In this document: in pieces, positions 48,257 through 57,873 of the stretch
Position numbering within the stretch: position 1 is the stretch's first letter
Layout of the letters: every line of letters starts with the position of its first letter
Assembly (NCBI GenBank): GCA_016931155.1
Contig: JAFGFJ010000002.1
Location: 385-64,384 of the forward strand
Reading direction: 5' to 3'
DNA: 64,000 bases
Origin: Candidatus Dojkabacteria bacterium
GTDB lineage: Bacteria > Patescibacteriota > Dojkabacteria > B142 > JAFGFJ01
Position numbers and translations under genes: made by a program
Notes under the pieces: generated by a model
What the model saw: the letters and a program-made list of their open reading frames with translations, nothing else
What the model was told of the DNA's origin: nothing
Databases searched by the model: none

Positions 48257-51200
48257 TTGGGAATCCCGGGAGAAACACCACAGAAAAAAGAAAAAAAAGG
48301 AAAGAGGCAGAGTGCTTTCATGAGAGCGCTTAGCAGAATATTGAATATTTCCGCCGGAGAAACGAGAAAGACCAGAGAAGAGCTGGCAAAAGCTCTTACT
48401 GAGGGAAAAGACATAGAAAGAATCTATAAAGATAAACTAAAAGTCAAAGAAGCGGACAAAGGGAAAGAAAAACTCCCCCCAATCAGGGAAAGAATAAGGA
48501 AAGCCAGTGTTGATGCCGCAGTACGTCTGCTTCGAATAGATCCCAGACAAAAAATCGATGCTGTCAAATTCAAGGAGGAGATGGCCAGACAAAATATCGA
48601 CAGATCAACAGAGGGAGTACCTCAGGGAGCGTTTAGAAAAGCCCTCGCTGAAAAAGCACGGAAAACAGAGGCTGAAATCAGACAAGTAGAAAGAGCCGAG
48701 ATGGTTAAGGCCATAATAGTTAGAGAGAGCGGAAATGAAAAAGTCGACTTTGGAATAAGAGCAAACATTGAAGGTAGAAATATCGTAGTAAACCTCGATC
48801 AGAAGAAAGGAGATGATGAGCTTGATATAATAGAGAATGAGGAGAAAGAATACATCGATAAAAATCCAGATATTGAGAATAACGATAAAGAAGAAAGAAA
48901 GTCCAGGGTAAACAAAGAAATCGATCTTCTTAGAGAAATAAGGAAATTGAGGAAAGAAATAAAAAGCCCGGACAGCCGTGAAGTTGAAGCAATAATCGAA
49001 AAAGTTGAAGATTTTTTGAAGGAATCAAAGGAAGCGGGTCAAGAAACAGTGCTTCTCGAGGAGATGATAGATACTTTCGATCTTGATGAAATAACCAGAA
49101 AACAGGTGCATATTTCGGTTATTTCAAAAGTAGAGGGACTACAAAGAAATGCTTCTTCGAAAGAATACGAAAAAATACAGCGACAAACTGAACGCAAACC
49201 ACTTCACACACAACTTCTCGAACTATCCGCAGACAAGCTTGTTGCGAAACACAATCAAGCATGTAGCTTCTATATAGATGACTACGAAGATACATCAGCA
49301 GAAGGATCATCGAAAGCAGGGGAGGAAATAATTCCTGAGGAAAAGCGCAGGGAAAAGGACACAAAGCTTAGAGGAATTGTAAACACAGCTATCGACTCTT
49401 ACAATCAAACTCTACTTGAAGAAAATAACACTGGGAGAAAATTCGAACCTGCAGACCTTTATGAAAAAAATACAATCCTGCAGATCCCGGGCGGAGTAGC
49501 TATAGTTACATCTGATGCCGGGCAGTTTGCACGGCTGGTGAATATGGGTGAAGATCACGAGGCTATAGCAAAAAACCTTGAAGAACAACCGGTTGCGGGA
49601 GCCTATCTTAAAGGAAGGCTCGCAAACTCAATAAAAGAGAAAGGTTATGAAGGAGACGTGATCATAATCTACGCAAAAGAAGCTGAGGACGAGGATGGTG
49701 GAACGAAGGGTATAGAAAATAAATGGTATGAGCGGGACTTAAAAGACAGCGAAACCTCAAAACTTATATATCACGAAATAGAGCACTTGCTTCAGCAGAG
49801 AAATCTGGAAGCTATAGAAGACTTGCATTCGGGATCAGATGCAGTTTTGGAAGAATACTTTGAAAACAGCAATCAAGCAAGACACAAAAACCTCTTTGCA
49901 ATTTACAAAGACATAATAACGAACAGAAAGAATAGCAAATATTTCAAACAAGCACCTGATGATCCAATTTTTAAAATACTTGCGGAAGGGAATATAACAA
50001 AGGAGGCAGGGATACACCAGCTGGTATCGCTGTATTACGGCTCAAAAGGAATCGAGTTTGACGCTCTGACATCAGTAGAAAGACGTGGACGCATATTCGA
50101 GGAAGCTCCAGGCTGGAAAGGCGGAAAAATTGATGCAGGCAGGGTCTTTGAACTGGCCGCACTACCGGATAATCAAAGAAAAATCATGACACAGGAAGGT
50201 GAGACAAGTATTGAAGTTGACCCATGGGAGAATATAGCCAAAGAAAATCCATTACTACAAGCAGTATATTTCAGAGAAATCACTTCTGATAAAGCAAAAA
50301 TAATCTATAGTGATTTTGACAGTCCTGAAAAGCTTATGATGATCAAGGACGAGATTGATAGCTTGATGAAGACCAATAAACTTACTTCCATCTCACAGCT
50401 GATCCACAAAATCAGTGCCGGAGAAGTCACCCTCAGTGAAAACTCTGAACTCAATAAACTTGAGCTGATAAAAATGCTCAAGGTCAAAGGAAATGATCTT
50501 AAGTTTGTTAAGAGAGCCTCAGAAATTTTAGGCAGTTTCTTTAAAGATACTGAAACAAGGGACGCTCTATTTGAATACTCTGCAATACTGACCGGAGGAA
50601 AAATGGCCTTTGGAGAAGGGCTTATGAATCCCGAAGACCAACATAATCAACCGCTGATTGCTCTTTACAAAAGTGTTCTAGGCGAAAAAAGCAATGGTCC
50701 CGGGGATCTTAGCCTGAGAAGGCTTTACCTCCAGACACCCGAAGGAGAAATCCCGGAAGAGCATATAAAGCTTTTTAAATTTATGATTGCGGTAGATATG
50801 ATTCTACAGAGATCAGGAAATCTTAGTACTGAGGAATTAGACGCAAACAGAAGGCACATTGCATCCATGATTTACACTGATTACAACAAGGGGACAGATT
50901 ACCTTCTTCAAAGGCTCACAGACCTTACAGAATTGACTGGATCCCTCAGCAAAGAAGAGCTCAAAAAAATCGAAGAAGGCCTGCAAAGTATCATACAAAA
51001 TAAATCAAAGGCAGATCCCGGTTTTCTTAAAAAAATACTCTACGGGGATGAGACGAAATATCTAATACCATACAATCCCGATGTCGACTTTTCAGTTTTT
51101 CCGACCGAAAGGTACATAAAAGATATTTTGGGAGCAGGACATCCCGCCGCGGCTATTGACATAGTAGACGCTCTGCAGAGAGTATATGCCATGCCATTTG

Positions 51201-53149
51201 CCATGAAGAGGCACAGAGATATCCAAGCTCAAGTAGAGGAGCTTAGGGAGGCTCGTGCACCTGACTATCTCATAAAAGCTGTTCAGATGAGAAGTCCTTA
51301 CAACAGAGGTGGTGAGGAGTCGAGCATAGACTCCAACTGGTATCAAAAAATTGTCGAGACATTGCCACTTATAGGAGGACTTGTAACACCAGGCAATGTA
51401 GAGTGGGCAAAGTCGAGCCTTTTCACTGAAGGACATCCCTTGTACGGAAGAAGTATGAAAAGAGTTCCAATTATTGGGCCGATTCTTGACCGCCATTTTC
51501 CGGTAGTACTCAAAACTGGACTTGGAGGAGAGTTTGATGTCGCAAAAAGAGATTTTACAAAAAAATGGGGACATGACGTTAAGGGTTTGGCATTTCCTTC
51601 AGATCAGCTTATAACCGGCGATAAAAATGTAATGGGAATTATGAATGGAATACAGGCCGGCCTACAGGGACTCGGAATGGATGATCTCGAACGGATAGCC
51701 TTTTTGAAAGCAATGCCGATGTTTAGAACTATTCAAATGGGTGCTGCCAACCCACCTCAGATAATCCCTTCACAGGCAGAACTCGAGGAGGAAGGAGTTC
51801 AAATATGGGCAGACAGAACTGGTTCAGGTGCTGTCCACAAATGGAAAACTCACTTTGAAAATGAGATCGTATGGGGAAGTCACTGGGATGGCACAAAAGT
51901 AACAATTGATGATGAGATTGCGAAAGCTGAAAGTAAGCTTGCCAATATGAAAGGATTAGGCAAACTTGGTACAAAAGCTTTGTCCATCATGGACAAGATC
52001 AAAGGTCTGGACGGAGCACAAAAAGAAGCGACAAAAATGAAGGAAATATATAATCTCATGGCCGCACAGCCTCCCGGAGGATATTCAATGCGCCACCTGG
52101 TCGAGATGGCAAGAAAGGCTCATGAAGGCGGCTTCTGGGATCCGGATCCTGGTAAACCAAGAAAATACTATTTCAAAGTAGGCATACCAGATCCAAATAA
52201 CCCGGATGGGGAACCCATTTTGTTTGACTTGAAGGATGTGAACACATTTGTACAAAGATACAATAGAGCTTATGCAAAGGAAATATTTGCTTCAGGAAAA
52301 GATCCAAAAACAGGCGAAGACCTTGAAGCGGCAAGTCCGGATATCCAAAGTTTACGCGTGCAACTTGAAACTGCTGAGATGAATCGAGATAGAAATCAAG
52401 CTCAACTGAAAAACCCTGCGATTTCTGATAATGACAGGAAAAAGCTGGAGGATGAAATTGGTATCCTCGATTTCCACATTGAAAATTTCAAAAAAGAGAT
52501 TGAGGAAAAATCCCACACATATAAATTTCTCAAGGGATTCGGAGAAGGTTATGATGAAAAAATGTTTTTTGATATAGTATGGGGTGAAGTCGATGGCATG
52601 AAAGAGAATATGGAAAAGGGAGCACAATACTATGCCGATTATCAATTCAGAATTGCCCAGATTGCAATGATGGAAAGACGCACCTTTCATGCATCAAATT
52701 TCTTCAACAAACTAGATAGAATACTGAACAATATTGGTCACTGGAGTCTTGTAGCAGGACTTGCTATTACAGTTGCGACTGGAGCACCAGTTGGAATAAC
52801 AATACTGCTTGGCGGCTCTGCTCTGATACTCGCAAATACGGCATTTGTAAACAAATATTCTCAGCTCTGGCTCGGCAGAAGAATAAGAGCAATTGAAACC
52901 AGAGAAAAACTGGATTCTATGCTTCAAATGTACGAAGAAGTACAATCAGGAAAATTGCTCTCACCAGCAACTCTTTCTATGCTTGAAAGACAAAAGGCAA
53001 CTATTGAATTCATGACTGAAAATATCATGAGAGTAACAGCAAAGGATTCTGTGAAACTGCCTGCCGATAGATTATTCTTTGCTGTAGGTGGCGGTCTCTG
53101 GAAAGCATTTGATGAAATGGGAGTAAACATGCTTGCAGGAAAGATCTAA
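48257..53149 (+). CDS. Giant (1630 aa) Lys/Glu-rich, predominantly helical protein with a C-terminal Gly-zipper TM hairpin. No family recognised.
   Basis: One long ORF. No signal peptide. Highly charged N-terminal ~1500 aa. C-terminal hydrophobic segment HWSLVAGLAITVATGAPVGITILLGGSALILANTAFV followed by a ~90-aa tail. Confidence 0.6.
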   Translation: MGIPGETPQKKEKKGKRQSAFMRALSRILNISAGETRKTREELAKALTEGKDIERIYKDKLKVKEADKGKEKLPPIRERIRKASVDAAVRLLRIDPRQKIDAVKFKEEMARQNIDRSTEGVPQGAFRKALAEKARKTEAEIRQVERAEMVKAIIVRESGNEKVDFGIRANIEGRNIVVNLDQKKGDDELDIIENEEKEYIDKNPDIENNDKEERKSRVNKEIDLLREIRKLRKEIKSPDSREVEAIIEKVEDFLKESKEAGQETVLLEEMIDTFDLDEITRKQVHISVISKVEGLQRNASSKEYEKIQRQTERKPLHTQLLELSADKLVAKHNQACSFYIDDYEDTSAEGSSKAGEEIIPEEKRREKDTKLRGIVNTAIDSYNQTLLEENNTGRKFEPADLYEKNTILQIPGGVAIVTSDAGQFARLVNMGEDHEAIAKNLEEQPVAGAYLKGRLANSIKEKGYEGDVIIIYAKEAEDEDGGTKGIENKWYERDLKDSETSKLIYHEIEHLLQQRNLEAIEDLHSGSDAVLEEYFENSNQARHKNLFAIYKDIITNRKNSKYFKQAPDDPIFKILAEGNITKEAGIHQLVSLYYGSKGIEFDALTSVERRGRIFEEAPGWKGGKIDAGRVFELAALPDNQRKIMTQEGETSIEVDPWENIAKENPLLQAVYFREITSDKAKIIYSDFDSPEKLMMIKDEIDSLMKTNKLTSISQLIHKISAGEVTLSENSELNKLELIKMLKVKGNDLKFVKRASEILGSFFKDTETRDALFEYSAILTGGKMAFGEGLMNPEDQHNQPLIALYKSVLGEKSNGPGDLSLRRLYLQTPEGEIPEEHIKLFKFMIAVDMILQRSGNLSTEELDANRRHIASMIYTDYNKGTDYLLQRLTDLTELTGSLSKEELKKIEEGLQSIIQNKSKADPGFLKKILYGDETKYLIPYNPDVDFSVFPTERYIKDILGAGHPAAAIDIVDALQRVYAMPFAMKRHRDIQAQVEELREARAPDYLIKAVQMRSPYNRGGEESSIDSNWYQKIVETLPLIGGLVTPGNVEWAKSSLFTEGHPLYGRSMKRVPIIGPILDRHFPVVLKTGLGGEFDVAKRDFTKKWGHDVKGLAFPSDQLITGDKNVMGIMNGIQAGLQGLGMDDLERIAFLKAMPMFRTIQMGAANPPQIIPSQAELEEEGVQIWADRTGSGAVHKWKTHFENEIVWGSHWDGTKVTIDDEIAKAESKLANMKGLGKLGTKALSIMDKIKGLDGAQKEATKMKEIYNLMAAQPPGGYSMRHLVEMARKAHEGGFWDPDPGKPRKYYFKVGIPDPNNPDGEPILFDLKDVNTFVQRYNRAYAKEIFASGKDPKTGEDLEAASPDIQSLRVQLETAEMNRDRNQAQLKNPAISDNDRKKLEDEIGILDFHIENFKKEIEEKSHTYKFLKGFGEGYDEKMFFDIVWGEVDGMKENMEKGAQYYADYQFRIAQIAMMERRTFHASNFFNKLDRILNNIGHWSLVAGLAITVATGAPVGITILLGGSALILANTAFVNKYSQLWLGRRIRAIETREKLDSMLQMYEEVQSGKLLSPATLSMLERQKATIEFMTENIMRVTAKDSVKLPADRLFFAVGGGLWKAFDEMGVNMLAGKI

Positions 53150-53196
53150 TGAAATAAGAATATTAAAAATAAAGCATAAAAAAGTAAAAATTAGAA

Positions 53197-53682
53197 ATGG
53201 ATATCGTTTTTTTTGATGAAAAAATAGTCAGGATTTTCGGGAGGGCAATGGGTTTTGAAGGCCTGCAGCTTGAAGCCTTCGTAGCAGATTACAATCTAAA
53301 CCTTGTAAAGCTTTTTATACACAGTGCGCTTGAGCATATAGGGACTGATGCCGATCCGAAGGATATGAACGAGCTTCAAAGGATAGCTGACGATATTGCA
53401 GAGGAGAGAAGTGAGGATCTTACTGAGCTTGGAGAGTTCCTGGGTAAAAAGATGCTTGAGTATCCTGAAGCGGGAAAGAAAGTTGATCATGAAATTTCAG
53501 TTTTCAACGAAGGCATACTTGCAGACTTTATAGCTCACGCACCCGAAAAAAGCATTAAAGAGCTTTTGATATATATCGCAGAGACAAGAAAAAAGAACCA
53601 GAAAGTAGCAGAAATGATTGAAAAGATGAAGGCAGAGGCAAAAAGGGGAGGGCAGGAAAATGCTCAGGAGAAGACAAAATGA
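53197..53682 (+). CDS. Hypothetical small acidic helical protein, co-transcribed with the giant gene
   Basis: 161 aa, 47 nt downstream of the giant gene. No motif. Confidence 0.4.
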   Translation: MDIVFFDEKIVRIFGRAMGFEGLQLEAFVADYNLNLVKLFIHSALEHIGTDADPKDMNELQRIADDIAEERSEDLTELGEFLGKKMLEYPEAGKKVDHEISVFNEGILADFIAHAPEKSIKELLIYIAETRKKNQKVAEMIEKMKAEAKRGGQENAQEKTK

Positions 53683-53803
53683 TCAGCACAACATTTTGAC
53701 CATTAAGCCAATAGATACAACCGGGCTGGAAACAGCCTAAGAGTAAAAGTATCTCACATCAGAAGCACTGTCCTCAGTTACTTAGCTTGATACTTGGCTG
53801 GTT

Positions 53804-53837
53804 GCCTGGCGGTTGCTTTGTCCAGGCATTTTTTTTG
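53804..53837 (+). terminator. Rho-independent terminator closing the plus-strand giant-gene operon
   Basis: GCCTGG-CGGTTGCTTTGT-CCAGGC followed by ATTTTTTTT. Confidence 0.6.
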
Positions 53838-54002
53838 GATTGTTGTCTGGGGCTTGTTTGGGCTTGCCTGCAACACTTGCCTTATATTTACAATGTCACA
53901 AGTTAAGAAGTTTTTTGTGAGAATATTTCGCTAACCTGTACACTGCTCCGTATTTGCTTATAGGCTTGCCAATCATTTACCTGGATTGACCTAGGTAGTT
54001 GT

Positions 54003-54539
54003 CTAGGAAAATTTTTGTGCAGCTGACTGTGCAGAAGGTGGGGTAAGGTTGATCTTAGGGACAGTAACTGCATTTCCTGCATCTTCTCCAAAGACCTCAA
54101 CATAAGTTTTCATAAAATCCAGTACGGAATTTACAGAAGATTTCATTTCATTCACATAATCCTCAACCTTTTTCCGCTGATCTTCTTCCAGTTTTTTCAT
54201 GTATGATTCATAAATAAATTTGTTAAGCTCATTTATCAGATTCATAATTTTGTCTTGTAATTCTTTGGTTATATTTTGCTTTAACTCATCATCAACAGCA
54301 GAATCCATCGTCTCCTCAGCAGATTCATTATTTAGAATACTTTCGGACAGCTTAGCCTTTATCTTTGTTACCCAATCATTAGATAGTCCCTTTTCCCTGG
54401 CATAATTTTCAATAGCCTTTTCTACCAACACATCTGTCCTACCCATATAGTCATTATAAGCACTATCTTTTAGTTTGTCTTCAGAAAGACCCAAAAGCAT
54501 CCCTAGGATTTCTCTGTCAATAATATATCTATCCTTCAT
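54003..54539 (-). CDS. Hypothetical acidic helical protein
   Basis: 178 aa, last gene of a four-gene minus-strand operon (57665 to 54003). Confidence 0.4.
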   Translation of the reverse strand: MKDRYIIDREILGMLLGLSEDKLKDSAYNDYMGRTDVLVEKAIENYAREKGLSNDWVTKIKAKLSESILNNESAEETMDSAVDDELKQNITKELQDKIMNLINELNKFIYESYMKKLEEDQRKKVEDYVNEMKSSVNSVLDFMKTYVEVFGEDAGNAVTVPKINLTPPSAQSAAQKFS

Positions 54540-54552
54540 AATGATCGATTAA

Positions 54553-56733
54553 TTATGTTAGTTGTCCTATACCGTTCAGTGCATCAGTTAATTCTTTTGT
54601 TCCAGATATCCCAAACCTCTTTTCCCAGATTTTTACCACCTCTGGTATCATCTCAGGATCCAATCCATTTTTAGCAGCATATCTCTCAGCAAAGAATTTT
54701 GCTCTTTCTCCTGCTTGCGAAATTGGTATATTCTGTAACTCTGATTTAAATTTCAATATATCTCTTTCTTTTTCCAGATAATCAACTTTAACTTTTGCAT
54801 AATCCGCTTTACCACCAAAGCCAAGATATTTAATGCCAGCTACTCCACCACTTACAGCCCCCACACCTGCACCTACTCCAAGAACTCCTGTCAAAACAGG
54901 ACTTGCCGCTGTAAAGTATGCAATACCAGCACCAACACCACCACCCAATAGAAGCAAACTAGGGACACCAAAATACTTTGCAAGTGCCACAGCTCGCTTC
55001 ATTCGTAAATTGAATTTTTCTGCTTCAGCAGCTTTCACTCTTGCTTCTGCAATTTCCTCAGCAAGACCCCCACTACCGTTTGCTCCAAGCATCTTCTTTG
55101 TAAGTTCAAACTTTTTTTCCAGAGCTGCTTTCACTTCTGGTGAGCCCTGGTAGTTATCTATCTCCTCTTGCAGCTTTGAAACAACATCTGCCATATTCGC
55201 TTGCTGATCTTCTTCTGCCTGAATACTCATTTGAACAGCTTCTCCATGCTTATCTTTAATAAACTCTCTCTCTCTTTCAGTTAACGTAGGATATGCGGCA
55301 AGTTCATTGTCGATATTAAAAGTCCTGCCTACAGGAGTACATCCAGAATCAAACTTTCTCAATAACTCATCAATTATTTTCTTAATGCCTGCGTCTGTTT
55401 TGATTCTGGTCTCCTCCTCCTGGTACTTCTGTCTTGCCTGTCTTTTAAGCTCCTCTCCTTCCTGAAAAGATAATTCTCTATTCGTTACCCTTGTATCAAC
55501 TACAGTGTCATAAACGTCTAGTTCATAGAATCCTCTTCTTAGATACTCATTCATAGCAGCAGTAGTATCTCCCTTTCCTTCCTCTCTTCTTACTTTTTCC
55601 CTTTCTTCTCTCCCTGTAATTAAGGTTCTTCTTGCCGCAATTTCAGAGTTTAGTGCAGAAAATTCACTATCAGTAATATCCCTGTTTCCATGTGCAGTTA
55701 GCACCTCATCTTCTAACCTATTAAGCTCTTGTTCGTTGGAATTTGCCGGATCAGCCAATCCCTGTCTTATTCTTCGAGCCTCAGGAGATACTGTTGTCGC
55801 TCTTTCAGAATCTATCAGATCCACTATTCTCTTCCAGTCCGAGTCATTTATCTCACCATCTTTGAGAGCTCCATCAGCCCTCGATTTTGCAGTATCATAG
55901 TCAGGGTTTGGAACAAGTATAAATCCATTTATTATGCCATTTACAATATTTTTTCTTTGTGTATCAGCAAACTCTTTCTGCTTCCTTGTTTTTATACCCT
56001 CAACATCTTGCCTAGCCTGTCGAACTTGAGCTCTTTCTTCAGATATTACACTTTGATCAACGTATTGGTTTATAGCTGCTACTCTCTCTATTTCATCATC
56101 TGCACTGTCTAATATATCAAGAGCCGAGGTAACATCAACATTTGTAACAGGGATAATACTCTCAGCTGTTGATTTAGCTCTACTAACAAGATTACTTACA
56201 CTAGTCGGAAGCTTTGCTATCTCTTGATTCGCCTTTTCTTTTTTATCCTCTTCTTCCTTCCTTTGTTTCCTCTCATCTGCCTCCCTTTTCTCACTTGCAA
56301 TCTTAGCTCTAAGTTCTCTTATATCTTGATCTGCTTCGCTGAGCTTTTTTCCTCTACCTGTTTCCCCACTAATCATCTTATTCGCCGCATTAAACCTACT
56401 ATCATTATTTGTTTCTTGAAGCTTGTTTCCAACCTGAACTGATAAACTGTCAAAGGCGTTTTTTCTTTCCGTTCTAGCTTTCTCCTCAGCCTGTGATGCT
56501 CTTCTATCTGCGTCAAGCTGTTTCTTTCTACCTTCCTCCTCACTTTTCCTCTCTTTAGCAGCAGCTATAACACTAATTACTTCCTGAGCAGCTTCTGCTG
56601 TACCCGCTGCAATAGCTATTCTATATATAGACCTGTATTCAGTGGGTATCTTAGAAATCTCTGATCGCATTGCTGTCAACCGTTCTTGCGATAGAGGAGT
56701 AGAAGTTTTTGCTTGACTATCAGGATTACTCAT
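54553..56733 (-). CDS. 726-aa charged helical protein with a C-terminal Gly-zipper TM region
   Basis: Arg/Glu/Lys-rich N-terminal 550 aa. Hydrophobic region LLLLGGGVGAGIAYFTAASPVLTGVLGVGAGVGAVSGGVAGI followed by ~90 aa. Architecture parallels the 1630-aa and 1034-aa proteins. Confidence 0.55.
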   Translation of the reverse strand: MSNPDSQAKTSTPLSQERLTAMRSEISKIPTEYRSIYRIAIAAGTAEAAQEVISVIAAAKERKSEEEGRKKQLDADRRASQAEEKARTERKNAFDSLSVQVGNKLQETNNDSRFNAANKMISGETGRGKKLSEADQDIRELRAKIASEKREADERKQRKEEEDKKEKANQEIAKLPTSVSNLVSRAKSTAESIIPVTNVDVTSALDILDSADDEIERVAAINQYVDQSVISEERAQVRQARQDVEGIKTRKQKEFADTQRKNIVNGIINGFILVPNPDYDTAKSRADGALKDGEINDSDWKRIVDLIDSERATTVSPEARRIRQGLADPANSNEQELNRLEDEVLTAHGNRDITDSEFSALNSEIAARRTLITGREEREKVRREEGKGDTTAAMNEYLRRGFYELDVYDTVVDTRVTNRELSFQEGEELKRQARQKYQEEETRIKTDAGIKKIIDELLRKFDSGCTPVGRTFNIDNELAAYPTLTEREREFIKDKHGEAVQMSIQAEEDQQANMADVVSKLQEEIDNYQGSPEVKAALEKKFELTKKMLGANGSGGLAEEIAEARVKAAEAEKFNLRMKRAVALAKYFGVPSLLLLGGGVGAGIAYFTAASPVLTGVLGVGAGVGAVSGGVAGIKYLGFGGKADYAKVKVDYLEKERDILKFKSELQNIPISQAGERAKFFAERYAAKNGLDPEMIPEVVKIWEKRFGISGTKELTDALNGIGQLT

Positions 56734-57076
56734 TAGGTGGGTCTTCGCTAAAATGTTTCTTTATCTCTTCATTCATACTATTTTTAAGCTCCTCGTTAGT
56801 TGCAAGTTCACTGAAAGTTTTTTCTGTTACTTTTCCATTCTCCACACCTTCATCTAAACCTATTACAACATCCAAAATCTGCTTATCATCCAGACCTTTT
56901 CTCCTCAATTCTTCTACAAACCATTTCAAAAAATCATGGGACAGTTTCTTACCCTCAGTCAAAGCATTCTCCGGCTTAGTTACGTCTCCAATTTTCCCCT
57001 CAATTATTTGCTTCAATAAAGATGCTGGGTCAGAACTCTGTACAGTTTGTTTTGTTAGATTAGTCTGATTACCCAT
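56726..57076 (-). CDS. Hypothetical small acidic protein. Overlaps the downstream gene start by 8 nt.
   Basis: 116 aa. Translational coupling. Confidence 0.4.
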   Translation of the reverse strand: MGNQTNLTKQTVQSSDPASLLKQIIEGKIGDVTKPENALTEGKKLSHDFLKWFVEELRRKGLDDKQILDVVIGLDEGVENGKVTEKTFSELATNEELKNSMNEEIKKHFSEDPPNE

Positions 57077-57104
57077 CCTTTAAAATTTCTAGAAATATAC
57101 TAAT

Positions 57105-57665
57105 TCAACTCAATCCTTTCTCAAACTCTATAGTAGTCTGGATTATATTTCTGGCTTCGTCAAGACGCCCTTCTTTCAGGAGCTTACTCACCACTTTTTC
57201 AACTTCCTCCTTGACCCTCTTCTCATACTCAATCATAATTGGCACGACCACTTCAGAAAGCTCACGAAACTGATCATCAAGACTTGGGATCACTCTCATC
57301 AAACTCTCATATGAAATGTTTGAAGGAAGCTTCTGAAGCACCAGATCAGCAATCTTTTTCGCCCGCTCATCATCCATCTCGTCCTGCGACACCTTTTCCT
57401 TGATAAGATCGACAATGGACTGCATCACAACGTTTCGAACCTTGGCCGTATCCACTTCATCCTTGATAAGACCCGCTGGATCAAACTTCTCAAGTCTTTT
57501 TCCAAATTCCATCACCTTTTTCTGCTCGTCATTTTTTGCCACGTTAGAAGAATTTGCTGTATCTGCTTTTTGAGTATTTGTATTTGTATTTGTACTCGTA
57601 TTTGTACTCGTATTTGTACTCGTATTTGTACTTATATTTGTGTGTGCCACTTGTGCATCTGTCAT
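57105..57665 (-). CDS. Hypothetical protein with an N-terminal (TNTS)n tandem-repeat tract
   Basis: NISTNTSTNTSTNTSTNTNTNT, encoded by 12-nt tandem repeats at 57586-57645, then a helical acidic domain. Confidence 0.45.
   Translation of the reverse strand: MTDAQVAHTNISTNTSTNTSTNTSTNTNTNTQKADTANSSNVAKNDEQKKVMEFGKRLEKFDPAGLIKDEVDTAKVRNVVMQSIVDLIKEKVSQDEMDDERAKKIADLVLQKLPSNISYESLMRVIPSLDDQFRELSEVVVPIMIEYEKRVKEEVEKVVSKLLKEGRLDEARNIIQTTIEFEKGLS
57586..57645. repeat. Tandem 12-nt repeat (about five copies of GTATTTGTACTC) inside the 57105..57665 CDS
   Basis: gtatttgtactcgtatttgtactcgtatttgtactcgtatttgta... Confidence 0.85.
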
Positions 57666-57873
57666 GGACGCTCTGTTAATCCGCTAAAAAATATATAAGT
57701 AAATATATACAAAATAATATACAAGATTTAGAAATTTGTTGCACACAATTGCGCTCAATTTCCTTGCATCCCGCAAGCTTTCTTCCTATACTGATATTAT
57801 TCCAATTTGTTCCGGGTCGGTTTACTGACTCAACTGGCAATTGGTAATTATTAATTTTTAAATCCTGCCTGCT

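Noticed and set aside
57586-57645. CRISPR array
   Set aside because: The repeat unit is 12 nt, tandem without spacers and in-frame inside a CDS. No other spaced direct-repeat array is visible anywhere in the window.
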